From a virus: a DNA stretch of 64,000 nt. Within the stretch, counting starts at the first letter, position 1; the number at the start of each line of letters is the position of its first letter. Shown here piece by piece: positions 30,379 through 39,188 of the stretch. The position numbers and the translations under genes were made by a program. The stretch covers positions 1 through 64,000 of IMG/VR virus record IMGVR_UViG_3300037468_000183; one strand, given 5' to 3'. The notes below the pieces were generated by a model, which was not told the origin of the DNA, ran no database searches, and saw nothing but the letters and a program-made list of their open reading frames with translations.

Positions 30379-30646
30379 CAGTAAAATTTTCAACAAAGAC
30401 CCGGACGCCCTGCTAGACTATCGTGTCGATTGGATCGCCTGGCTGGGCGTCGATACGATCTCGACATCCACCTGGATATTGGAGTCCGGCATCACGAAAT
30501 TTACGGACTCCAAGACAAACACGGCAGCGACAATCTGGCTTTCGGGTGGCACGGCGAACGAATCCTATCGCGTCGTTAATAAGATCGTCACGGCCGGAGG
30601 TCGCACGGATGAACGCACGCTGACGATTGTCTGCGAGTCGAAATAG
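30371..30646 (+). CDS. Phage fibre-tail adaptor-like protein
   Basis: KDPDALLDYRVDW..IWLSGG..GRTDERT. Confidence 0.75.
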   Translation: MGDSKIFNKDPDALLDYRVDWIAWLGVDTISTSTWILESGITKFTDSKTNTAATIWLSGGTANESYRVVNKIVTAGGRTDERTLTIVCESK

Positions 30647-30667
30647 TCGCTCATATAAGGAGCCAAC

Positions 30668-31306
30668 ATGATCGGTAAATGGATAGCTGGCACAGGCGGT
30701 CTGAATCTCGAAATCGTGCCTTACGAGACGCGCCCGGATGCCGCGCGTTGGCAGGGCGGGCCGGTGTATCGCGTCAAGGACATATTCTCGACGCGCAATG
30801 GCTCTTTCGAACCAACAAACGAATTTGGCAGCATCGACCAATGGGCGAAGGATGCGTACTGGTCGGGTGCCAAGTTCGACGGGGCAGGCGGCGATCACAA
30901 CTTTTTCATCCTGGCGCTGGACGAAGCGGGCCAGCCGATTCCAGGGAAGGGCCTGCTGTTCTGGCAAGGCGCAATGACCGCTGATTTCACTCCGAGCGAC
31001 CCGCGCACGGCGAAACATGACGGCTCTGAGAATATCCCGGTATTTGGCTCGTATGCGCCGGATCGCGACGAACATGGTTCGTGGAGCGGCGCGGTACTGG
31101 GAAAATCCGATGTGTTGGTGGGCGTCGGGATGCCGTGGAATCATCACGTTTCGACGTTCCTGGTGCTGCAAGCGGTTGCTGATTCCCAGCCTCCACCACG
31201 ACCGCCTGACCCTCTGCCGGATGACGACTTCCAGCAGACCGTATTGGCGCATCTCGACGCCATTTATTTGCGGCTCGATGACATGGCGAAGCACTTGGGT
31301 GCATGA
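30668..31306 (+). CDS. Hypothetical protein in lysin position
   Basis: AAGGAG RBS; globular domain, Pro linker, amphipathic C-terminal helix. Confidence 0.6.
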   Translation: MIGKWIAGTGGLNLEIVPYETRPDAARWQGGPVYRVKDIFSTRNGSFEPTNEFGSIDQWAKDAYWSGAKFDGAGGDHNFFILALDEAGQPIPGKGLLFWQGAMTADFTPSDPRTAKHDGSENIPVFGSYAPDRDEHGSWSGAVLGKSDVLVGVGMPWNHHVSTFLVLQAVADSQPPPRPPDPLPDDDFQQTVLAHLDAIYLRLDDMAKHLGA

Positions 31307-31332
31307 AAACATGTGAGGGGCGCGCTAAAATA

Positions 31333-33708
31333 ATGACCAAACTTGCGACGGTCGTCTTAGTGGTCTTTTTGCTGGCTGGCTGTATCGCGCCGCCATCGCC
31401 GCCATACACCAGCGTGGGCAACTATCGCGCCGCGCTGCCACCGCAAATCCCCCGACAAATGCCTGCTATGCCACGTGCGCCGCAGACGGCGGTCTGGACA
31501 TACGCGCTGCCGGCGAAGCCGTGTCCCTGGTCATCGTCTGACAGCAATTGCCACTACGCGTCGCCCGCGCTGGCCGATCTTGGGCACACGGGTACTCTGG
31601 ACATTATCGTCGCGACTAATAACGGCCATGTCGTGGCAGTCGATCATGCCGGTAAGCTGCTCTGGGATGTGGATGTGGCACCCGCTTTCGGTATGCTGCC
31701 CGATACTCAGGAAATTGGCTCATCTCCGGCCGTGGGTGATATCGATGCCGATGGCTGGCTGGAGATCGCGGTAGGCGTTGGTTCGGTGTATCCGACCGTC
31801 TGCACCACGGGCGGCGTGATCGTCCTGGATCACATGGGACGCGTCAAGTCCGGCTGGCCGCAACTGGCTGACGATTGGAGCCTGCCGCTCGGCTGCCGCG
31901 ATACTGTTTTTAGCACGCCCGCGCTCGGTGATCTCGATAAAGACGGCAAGCTGGAAATCGTCGCCGGCGGCTTCGACATGAAAATCTATGCCTGGCGCTA
32001 CGATGGTACGCTCCTGCCGGGTTTCCCGCCCGATGGCGCACATGCCGCGCGCTTCCCAACTGAGCCGGAATTGCAGGGCCGTCTCAGTGATACCATCTGG
32101 TCATCGCCCGCGCTGGGCGATTTAGACCGCGACGGTTTTCTGGAAATCGTCATCGGCAGTGACGAGGGCAATCGACCACCGGGCTATAGCTGCCCCTATC
32201 GCCTGCCTCCCAATTGGCGGCCCGACTACTGCGGCGGCGCGCTCTACGTGCTGGATCGCTTTGGCCGCTTTTTGCCGGGTTTCCCGAAATATGTTCTCGA
32301 TATCATCGCGTCTTCGCCCGCGCTGGTGGATTTGGACGGCGACGACTGGCTGGACATTGTCGTGGGCACGGGGCCTTTTTATTCTGACAACTCCCCCAAC
32401 TATCCCGCCAGCGGCTTCCGCGTGTATGTCTGGGATCATCTCGGCAATGATCTTCCGGGCTGGGAGGGCGGTAAGCTCGTCGGCGGCCCTACGCCAGCGT
32501 CACCAAGCATTGGCGACCTGGACGGCGATGGCGAGCCCGAAATAGTCATCGCAACCTATGATCCAGAGCGTAAGCTGTACGCCTGGCATGTTGACGGTGC
32601 GCTATTGCAGGGCTTCCCGATGGCGCCAACCTTCAATGGCGTAACTTATGCTAGTTTCGACACGCCTGCGAATTTCGTCTTGGCGGATTACAACGGCGAC
32701 GGCAGGCAGGAAATCTTTTTCAGCACCGGCTGGCTGGTGACGGTCGTGGATGGTAACGGCAAGCAGCTTACCAGCACGGGTTATGGCAGTCCCCTACCAT
32801 CCTACATGTCCAACGGCTCGCTGATCAATAATCCCGCCATTGGTGACCTGCGCCATGATGGGCAGTTGGCATTGATCGCCACTAACAGCCAGGTGACCGT
32901 TTGGGATTTACCAGGTGCTGGCCGGGCAGCCGCCTGGCCGCTCTTTCGCAACAACGCACCACGCATGGGGAGTCTTGGCACAATCATACCTCTGCCCATC
33001 GTCGCCCATAGCGCACGTGGTCTCGTGGAACGCTTCTACCTGCATGTTTTACGGCGCGCACCGGACCAAGCGGGCATGGATACCTGGACCAATGCGTTGC
33101 TGGATCGCGCCATGAGCGGCGCTGATTTGGCACGCGCCTTTGTCCTCAGTTCTGAATTTGGCGACAGCAACACCACCAATGCTGATTTCCTAACCATCAT
33201 ATATCGCGCATTCTTCGACCGCGTGCCGGATGCTGGCGGTTACAACGTCTGGCTCAGCGCGCTCAACAACGGACTGCCGCGCGTCGAGATGCTGGACGGC
33301 TTTATCCGTTCGCGCGAATTTGCTGAGCTATGCGACAGCTACGGCATCCGCGCCAACACAACGCACCAGGACAAGCTGCGCAGTTTCGTGACGCGCCTCT
33401 ATCGCGAAGTCTTGGGACGCGCACCGGATGCCGCGGGGTTGGCGCTGTGGGCTATGGGCAACCATACGGGTGGAGAGATGGTGCGCGGTTTCGTGCTCAG
33501 CCAGGAGTTCGGCAAGCGCGCATTCAGCGATGAGCAATTCGTGACCATGCTGTATCGCGCACTCCTCAACCGCGTACCGGATAGCGGAGGCTATGACTAC
33601 TGGCTCGCCAATCTCCGCGGCGGCATGAGTCGCACGCGCGTGCTGGAAAACTTTATCGGTTCGGCGGAATTTACCGAACTATGCAAGAGCTACGGCATCG
33701 CGCCCTAA
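31333..33708 (+). CDS. Lipoprotein with FG-GAP/VCBS-type repeats and C-terminal DUF4214 domains
   Basis: Lipobox LLAGC; repeated SSPALGDLD.DG..EIV; RAPDQAGMDTW and RVPD.GGY..W repeats. Confidence 0.85.
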   Translation: MTKLATVVLVVFLLAGCIAPPSPPYTSVGNYRAALPPQIPRQMPAMPRAPQTAVWTYALPAKPCPWSSSDSNCHYASPALADLGHTGTLDIIVATNNGHVVAVDHAGKLLWDVDVAPAFGMLPDTQEIGSSPAVGDIDADGWLEIAVGVGSVYPTVCTTGGVIVLDHMGRVKSGWPQLADDWSLPLGCRDTVFSTPALGDLDKDGKLEIVAGGFDMKIYAWRYDGTLLPGFPPDGAHAARFPTEPELQGRLSDTIWSSPALGDLDRDGFLEIVIGSDEGNRPPGYSCPYRLPPNWRPDYCGGALYVLDRFGRFLPGFPKYVLDIIASSPALVDLDGDDWLDIVVGTGPFYSDNSPNYPASGFRVYVWDHLGNDLPGWEGGKLVGGPTPASPSIGDLDGDGEPEIVIATYDPERKLYAWHVDGALLQGFPMAPTFNGVTYASFDTPANFVLADYNGDGRQEIFFSTGWLVTVVDGNGKQLTSTGYGSPLPSYMSNGSLINNPAIGDLRHDGQLALIATNSQVTVWDLPGAGRAAAWPLFRNNAPRMGSLGTIIPLPIVAHSARGLVERFYLHVLRRAPDQAGMDTWTNALLDRAMSGADLARAFVLSSEFGDSNTTNADFLTIIYRAFFDRVPDAGGYNVWLSALNNGLPRVEMLDGFIRSREFAELCDSYGIRANTTHQDKLRSFVTRLYREVLGRAPDAAGLALWAMGNHTGGEMVRGFVLSQEFGKRAFSDEQFVTMLYRALLNRVPDSGGYDYWLANLRGGMSRTRVLENFIGSAEFTELCKSYGIAP

Positions 33709-33778
33709 TGGAAGGAGGGCCTATGCACTGAACCGAACTTGACGACGGGCAGGCTAATATCATGTTAGGGGGCAAATC

Positions 33779-33985
33779 GTGGGTACACTTCTGGAGCAAA
33801 TCGCGGCGATGGTCGCAACGTTGAACGAGGTCAAGACGTTGTGCGAGGGGATTGTCACAGCGTCAGCGGCACAGGAGACGGACTACAACGCGGCGGAGGC
33901 GGCACAACAGCAAGCCGGTGTTTCGTCGGCGGCGGTCGTGCTTCTGGCGCAACAGGTGATCGCGAAGATCGGGGCCGTCACGTAG
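33779..33985 (+). CDS. Hypothetical helical protein
   Basis: Last rightward ORF of the late arm. Confidence 0.5.
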   Translation: MGTLLEQIAAMVATLNEVKTLCEGIVTASAAQETDYNAAEAAQQQAGVSSAAVVLLAQQVIAKIGAVT

Positions 33986-34002
33986 GACGGCATGCTTCAA
34001 GT

Positions 34003-34039
34003 AAGGACAGCTTTGACTGCCGTAGTCAAAGCTGTCCTT
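34003..34039. terminator. Perfect 16-bp hairpin where late and early arms converge
   Basis: aaggacagctttgact-gccgt-agtcaaagctgtcctt. Confidence 0.7.
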
Positions 34040-34052
34040 GCGAGCGACGAGT

Positions 34053-34517
34053 TTACTTGCTTCTGTAGTAGGCTCCGAACCACTCTAGCCAATGTGCAAA
34101 TGCCTGTTGCTGAGCTGTGCTAGGATAGGTACGTTGAGGCAGTTGAAACTTCAGAAACCAGGCAACTGCAAGTGCAATCGTAGCTGTCCATGCGTTGGCG
34201 ATTCCAACGTCTGCCGCCCAATCGCAACAGAAGTCGAAGTCAGTTGCGCAGACGTCGCTGAGGTCGAACGATTTCCGGAGCAATCGCAAGCTGCAGGTTC
34301 CGCCACCAGAGATGCTACCACCTGTGCCAACGGCAATCAGGCACTCCTCTTTTGACTCCCCGTCACCCACCATGACCTTGTATCGCGTTCCGTCACCGGG
34401 TTGTACGACCAACAACTTCGCGTTGCCAGAGAAACAAACTGTTTGCTGTGTCATTAGTTCAGACTCCCGAAGCGGATTGCCAGGCATCAGGATCGAGTAC
34501 GTGACGAAGTAGGCCAT
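34053..34517 (-). CDS. Hypothetical protein
   Basis: AGGAGG RBS; lower GC. Confidence 0.6.
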   Translation of the reverse strand: MAYFVTYSILMPGNPLRESELMTQQTVCFSGNAKLLVVQPGDGTRYKVMVGDGESKEECLIAVGTGGSISGGGTCSLRLLRKSFDLSDVCATDFDFCCDWAADVGIANAWTATIALAVAWFLKFQLPQRTYPSTAQQQAFAHWLEWFGAYYRSK

Positions 34518-34534
34518 TGTTCCTCCTGGGAAAA

Positions 34535-34550
34535 TGTTTCACGTGAAACA
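34535..34550. promoter_or_regulatory. parS: parS site 1
   Basis: TGTTTCACGTGAAACA, the canonical chromosomal ParB-binding palindrome. Confidence 0.88.
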
Positions 34551-34560
34551 TGCGCGGCGC

Positions 34561-35400
34561 TCAGTCCTCCGTCGCGTCGAGCGGCATCTGCACGGCGCGC
34601 TCCGACTCGTGCGGGAATAGCGGCGCTTGCAGTTGCGCCCGTCCGACACGCTCCCGCGTCAGTGCGATGTACTCAGCGGCAATGTCGATGCCGATAGCCC
34701 GGCGTCCCAACGTAACCGCCATTTTCAGCGTAGTGCCCGATCCGCACATAGGATCAAGCACCACGTCGCCGGGATTGCTCCAGGAGAGGATGTGATCGCG
34801 CGCCAGGGCTTCGGGGAAGATCGCAGGGTGATTTGCTGCGTCAGGATCAGAATAGCCGTTCGTTCCGTGTGATAGGATGTCCCATACGTTATCCTTCACG
34901 CGCATTCCGCCCCCGATTCTGACATTAAGAACTTCTTGGGTGCCTCTTATTTTTGATCCTACGACAAAACCACCATGCCCAGTCGATTTTACTTTTATCA
35001 GATTGGCGGTGGTAGGAGACTCCTTTGACATGATAAACATATACTCAAAAACTGATGCGTAACGGACAGTTTCAGGGAACTGGGGAGCACTCCGGCGATA
35101 GATCATCGTATCGTGAAGGTTGAAGCCCAGGCCCATGAACCCAAGCGCCTGCCGGAAGCTCGTGCCCGTCTCGCTGCCGTTGACCGTCGCATCGGCAACG
35201 ACCCACACGACCACGCCGCCCGGCTTGGTGACGCGCCACAGTTGCGCGGCGATGGCCTCGAAGTCGAAGGTGTAACCGCGGTATTCGCGAAGTCCGTCAT
35301 ACGGAGGAGAAGTCACTGTTAGATCAATCGAGCCGTCTGGAATGTGCGCCGCCATGACAGCAGCGCACTCTCCGGTATACAGCGTCACGTCATTGCTCAT
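34561..35400 (-). CDS. Amino DNA methyltransferase, beta class (SPPY, probably m4C)
   Basis: VTSPPY, HPAIFP, DPMCGSGT. Confidence 0.92.
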   Translation of the reverse strand: MSNDVTLYTGECAAVMAAHIPDGSIDLTVTSPPYDGLREYRGYTFDFEAIAAQLWRVTKPGGVVVWVVADATVNGSETGTSFRQALGFMGLGFNLHDTMIYRRSAPQFPETVRYASVFEYMFIMSKESPTTANLIKVKSTGHGGFVVGSKIRGTQEVLNVRIGGGMRVKDNVWDILSHGTNGYSDPDAANHPAIFPEALARDHILSWSNPGDVVLDPMCGSGTTLKMAVTLGRRAIGIDIAAEYIALTRERVGRAQLQAPLFPHESERAVQMPLDATED

Positions 35401-35467
35401 AGTTGCTTCCCACCGGCTCGCAGGTCGCCACGTCCACGAGCAGATCATCGCCGCCATTCTCCGGGCG

Positions 35468-35545
35468 GATGTACAGCCGGTGTCCGTCCGCGTGGCCGCA
35501 GATGACGACGGCGGGATGACCTTCGTGCAGGATGCGGTCGCCGGG
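35468..35545. repeat. 78-bp direct repeat, copy 1
   Basis: Near-identical to 36271-36348. Confidence 0.85.
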
Positions 35546-35564
35546 TAGGGGACGTGGCTTGCGC

Positions 35565-36218
35565 TCATGGCAAATATGGCCTCTTGGGAAGCTCTGACCA
35601 ATAGTCGCAGTCGGCAAGCCTTACGGGGCTGAAATCCTCCGGGTAGATCAGCACCATCTGGCGCGCCGGTGAATACACGCCGGGCCATACGACGCCGTTG
35701 TGGACTACGAGAATCGTGCCCGCCTGCTTGGGAGCTTCAACGGTGAGATTCCATTCGACCTTTACGATATTGCCGCTGTCCTGCTGATCCTCGATGCGTT
35801 CAAAAAGCATGATGTTCCCCCCATCTGCCATGATTCCGTCAATGTCGTCGCGAAACTGATGGATGGTTTCGATGAGTCGCTGCGCTGCTGAGCCAATCCA
35901 GCGATCATGCTCAGCGTCGTATACCGTCAAACCACGCTCGGCCAGGGCATCCAACAAGGTCGCCCGCAAGACTATAAATTCTTCGTCGCTCATTTTTAGC
36001 AGTCCTCCTACCTGTATTACATCATTCGGTCGATCACTTGGATTGCTCGGCCAGCACCAGCGGCGCGCTGCGAGAGCGTCCAACTCATCTCTGAGCCGCT
36101 GCCTTTCTACCTGCAAATTGCGGATGCACATGCTCCACAAGTGTGTCACCGGCACTATCTCGCCGGTATCCGAGTTCGTGGTTTCATCTAACATCTCATT
36201 GCAGTATTCACATCTCAT
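35565..36218 (-). CDS. Hypothetical protein
   Basis: 217-aa ORF, N-terminal CEYC. Confidence 0.6.
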   Translation of the reverse strand: MRCEYCNEMLDETTNSDTGEIVPVTHLWSMCIRNLQVERQRLRDELDALAARRWCWPSNPSDRPNDVIQVGGLLKMSDEEFIVLRATLLDALAERGLTVYDAEHDRWIGSAAQRLIETIHQFRDDIDGIMADGGNIMLFERIEDQQDSGNIVKVEWNLTVEAPKQAGTILVVHNGVVWPGVYSPARQMVLIYPEDFSPVRLADCDYWSELPKRPYLP

Positions 36219-36270
36219 TGTCGCATTCCTCCAGCAGTTTCAGCAGTTGCCCACGGCGCACCTGTTTGTC

Positions 36271-36348
36271 GATGCTCAGCCGGAGGCCGTCCGCATGGCC
36301 GCAGATGACGACGGCAGGATGGCCTTCGTGCAGGATGCGGTCGCCGGG
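36271..36348. repeat. 78-bp direct repeat, copy 2
   Basis: Near-identical to 35468-35545. Confidence 0.85.
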
Positions 36349-36560
36349 CAGGCGGAGACGTGTATGGTTGCGTCGTCATGTCTCAGGTTGATGTGCATTT
36401 TCCAACGCTGATTACCGCTTGGGTATGCGACCTTGACATTGGAGCCGTCAACCTCGATTACGGTTCCGGCCTTGTCTGTCCAATCGTTGACGATGGCCGA
36501 CAGGTCAAACACGTCATCACCGACCTTGAAACCATGATCTATTGGGTAGACAAATAACAT
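36276..36560 (-). CDS. SH3/KOW-like small protein
   Basis: FKVGDDV..GTVIEVDG..VKV; GAGGAG RBS. Confidence 0.5.
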   Translation of the reverse strand: MLFVYPIDHGFKVGDDVFDLSAIVNDWTDKAGTVIEVDGSNVKVAYPSGNQRWKMHINLRHDDATIHVSACPATASCTKAILPSSSAAMRTASG

Positions 36561-37075
36561 GTTGCTCTCCTCGCTTCCTCTATGATGCGCTCGCACTGCG
36601 CGATACGCTCGGTATGATCAAGACTCAGGCATGGCCGATAGTATGCCTTGCGCGCCTTGCGTGGTCGCGGCGCGGGCAATGTTTCACGTGAAACATGCGG
36701 CGCGTCCGTGACACGCTCGCCGGGGGCCAGGATCACGACCGCGGAGATGGGCGCGTTATGGCAGTCGCCGGCGATGTGGATGCCGTGGCAGGAGGGACAA
36801 GGCGTGACATAGGACAATGGCCCAGGATCAGGAAGATCGAACTTGCGCCTTACCATCCTGTGAGTTTCCCAACTCACTTTAGACCATTCTCCGTGCGCCA
36901 GGGCATAGAGAACATTGTGCGATACGCCCTTGTCTTCTGCCAAAGCGCGCCATGATCGCGAATGCTTATAAGCGACCTGGACGGCCATTCGCGTGAGGTC
37001 TAACTCGGACATGACAAAGTCTGTTTCTGGAAAGAAACAAGGACTGGCGGTATCGTGCAGGGCATCCTGTGACAT
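36539..37075 (-). CDS. HTH plus Zn-finger DNA-binding protein
   Basis: SWRALAEDKGVSHNVLYALAHG; CPSCHGIH..C. Confidence 0.6.
   Translation of the reverse strand: MSQDALHDTASPCFFPETDFVMSELDLTRMAVQVAYKHSRSWRALAEDKGVSHNVLYALAHGEWSKVSWETHRMVRRKFDLPDPGPLSYVTPCPSCHGIHIAGDCHNAPISAVVILAPGERVTDAPHVSRETLPAPRPRKARKAYYRPCLSLDHTERIAQCERIIEEARRATCYLSTQ
36680..36695. promoter_or_regulatory. parS: parS site 2 (inside CDS)
   Basis: TGTTTCACGTGAAACA. Confidence 0.85.
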
Positions 37076-37079
37076 AGTT

Positions 37080-37817
37080 TTACTTTCCGGCGTTCCTGGA
37101 GTGACCGCCTCCGTATACCCAAACATGCCACTCCTTGAGCGGCACAGGAAGGAGCGCAACTTCCTCAAGCGTCATGATGGGAATAGCATTGGTGGCGTAC
37201 TTCCACTTATCCCATATCTCGATCTCCGCGTTATGCCGTAAGGTTTCGGCGTAGTTTGTCGCCCTGGTCGCAGCGGCCTTGTCGGCGCGTGACTGTGCTT
37301 CCTCTGGGGCGAGAGTCTTCGGTTTGTCAATCAAGTTGCGTCCGTTGCGCAGCAAGTCCTGGCGCGAATTGTAGCCGGCGTCCTCGACTATGTTGTGGCA
37401 CTTGCGGCAAAGCAGAGCGAGATTGTCCTCGTGATCCAAGCCACCATCGGCGCGCTTGATGACGTGATGCGGAGTCAGCATGTATTCGGTTCCGCATATC
37501 TCGCACTTTCCTTCGGCACGTCGGCGCACCTTTGCCTCAACACCACCGGGTAACAGCATTGTGGTTTTCATGTGCCTCTTCTCCTGTTCTGTTTTTGGCG
37601 GCATCATCTGACCGGCTATGAATTGCGTCATCTCGTTGACGGTTGCTGTTCGCTTGCGTTTCTCGTTGCGCAATGCGGCGATACTGCAAAGCAAGTTACC
37701 TGCTAGACTATCGAAGGATGCTAAATCGTGATCGTCAAAATCGTCAGGGGTTGCATGGCGCAACTTGTCAGCAGCGGAACGGAGTGCGGAAAACACGCAT
37801 GATGAGTTATCTTCCAC
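37080..37817 (-). CDS. HNH endonuclease (start uncertain; alternative ATG at 37571)
   Basis: CEICG..TPHHVIKRADGG..DNLALLCRKCH. Confidence 0.82.
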   Translation of the reverse strand: MEDNSSCVFSALRSAADKLRHATPDDFDDHDLASFDSLAGNLLCSIAALRNEKRKRTATVNEMTQFIAGQMMPPKTEQEKRHMKTTMLLPGGVEAKVRRRAEGKCEICGTEYMLTPHHVIKRADGGLDHEDNLALLCRKCHNIVEDAGYNSRQDLLRNGRNLIDKPKTLAPEEAQSRADKAAATRATNYAETLRHNAEIEIWDKWKYATNAIPIMTLEEVALLPVPLKEWHVWVYGGGHSRNAGK

Positions 37818-37947
37818 TTTGTCCCTCGGATAAACAAACGGGCCGCTCGGAGCGTTTCTTGTCGAGGGAAACGTGAGCGGCCCGCGGGAGTCCATCTCTG
37901 GACTATCCACCTATGTGATGCTCCCTACCGTTTCCCTCGACAGATAC

Positions 37948-37976
37948 ATTCTACCCTACATCTCCCGGAATGTCAA
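37948..37976 (-). promoter_or_regulatory. Sigma70-type promoter
   Basis: TTGACA-17nt-TAGAAT on minus strand. Confidence 0.7.
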
Positions 37977-38009
37977 CCGGGCCGCGCGGCGCAACGCTCG
38001 CGGTCGCGC

Positions 38010-38459
38010 TCAATGCTGCCTGCCAAACACAAGCGGCAGGTACAGCCGCATGACGGGTACCGCGTGCGTCGTGATTGGCGCGGCACCCATCACTCGATCC
38101 GGCACTGTATCCGGGCCGGTGTCCCATCGCACGTGCTCGCCCTCCTGGACGCCCTGTCACACGATTGACACGAGGTGCGCGCCCGATATGGCGATGGTGA
38201 TATCGAGCGTGTCACTTCCCTGCCACGTTATGTCATCGCCAACCACATTGACGACCATGCCGGGCCGCGTCCAGATGCGCACCGTGTCGCCGGACGTGCC
38301 CCTGAGCGTGTACATGAATGCCGTGCTCTGACCATCGGGCAGCACGTATGGGCCGCAGAAATATACCAGAGTGGCGCCTGAGCTTGGGCCCGCGTGGGCC
38401 GGCACGGATAGCGCCAACAGCATGACGATGCCAATGACAAGACCAAACTTCTGTTTCAT
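38010..38459 (-). pseudogene. Secreted protein split by in-frame TGA at 38157-38159 (nonsense or read-through)
   Basis: Signal peptide ending PAHA; frame continues past TGA to ...RLYLPLVFGRQH*. Confidence 0.6.
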
Positions 38460-38460
38460 G

Positions 38461-38772
38461 TTATTCCTCCTTGAAGTCAACTTCACACGGCGCGCCGCGC
38501 GCAAAGGCACATGCCTCATCGAGCGAGTCGAAGCGACACAACGCGTAAAACGCGGCATCCCGACTCGACGGCATAGGCTCATGTATCCAGTGCCTATTCC
38601 GGCCGAGCACGTAATGATCGCCGCTGCGAATGGCCCAACGGTCGGGCGCGCCGTCGCCGTAAATGCAACGGTCGACTCGAATGCCGAGAATGTCGTGGAT
38701 GGCTTTGCCGTCGTTGTCGGGTCTGACGATCCACACCGAACAAATATCATAGCCGCCTATCCTGTCATCCAT
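38461..38772 (-). CDS. Hypothetical protein
   Basis: GAGGAG RBS; ..HEPMPSSRD..RFDSLDEA. Confidence 0.65.
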   Translation of the reverse strand: MDDRIGGYDICSVWIVRPDNDGKAIHDILGIRVDRCIYGDGAPDRWAIRSGDHYVLGRNRHWIHEPMPSSRDAAFYALCRFDSLDEACAFARGAPCEVDFKEE

Positions 38773-38780
38773 ATCGCTCC

Positions 38781-39188
38781 TCATTCCTCGTTGCGCCTGC
38801 CGCGCATCACGTCCGCCGCGGCTTTCTTGACGCCCTCGGCCATCACGTCGAAAGCGTATTCGTCGGCCCACGTCAGCGCCTCGGCACTGTTCGCGAGCGT
38901 GACGGCCACGTCCGGCAATTCGGCCCTGAGACCAGCGTATGACCGGATGCGTCCGTAGCTCTGCCAGCGCGCCAGATCATCGAATTCGGCGCGGGCCGCG
39001 TCGTGCAGATTGGCGATCAGTTCGTCGGTTTGGCCGCTGAAGCCCTCGACATGGCGCGCCGCCTCGCAGGCTTCCTCAAGCAGCTTGCAGACTTGGCGCG
39101 CTGTCAGTTTCTCAGCAGTCAGTCCCTCTGTATAGCCGCGCGCGACCAGCGATTCAAAGATAGCTTCCTGTGCCTCATGCGTTTGCAT
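38781..39188 (-). CDS. MazG-like all-alpha NTP pyrophosphohydrolase
   Basis: KLLEEACE...AELPDV acidic motif. Confidence 0.6.
   Translation of the reverse strand: MQTHEAQEAIFESLVARGYTEGLTAEKLTARQVCKLLEEACEAARHVEGFSGQTDELIANLHDAARAEFDDLARWQSYGRIRSYAGLRAELPDVAVTLANSAEALTWADEYAFDVMAEGVKKAAADVMRGRRNEE

Noticed and set aside
34561-35688. 375-aa extended MTase as given by the ORF track
   Set aside because: The extension overlaps another gene and looks non-coding; the MTase fold starts at MSNDVTLYTGEC (35400)
35468-36348. DGR template/variable repeat pair
   Set aside because: No reverse transcriptase in the window, and differences are mostly synonymous rather than adenine-specific
38157-38159. Genome-wide TGA recoding or selenocysteine
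   Set aside because: TGA ends many genes with ATGA/TGATG coupling (terL, portal); the context favours a former Trp codon
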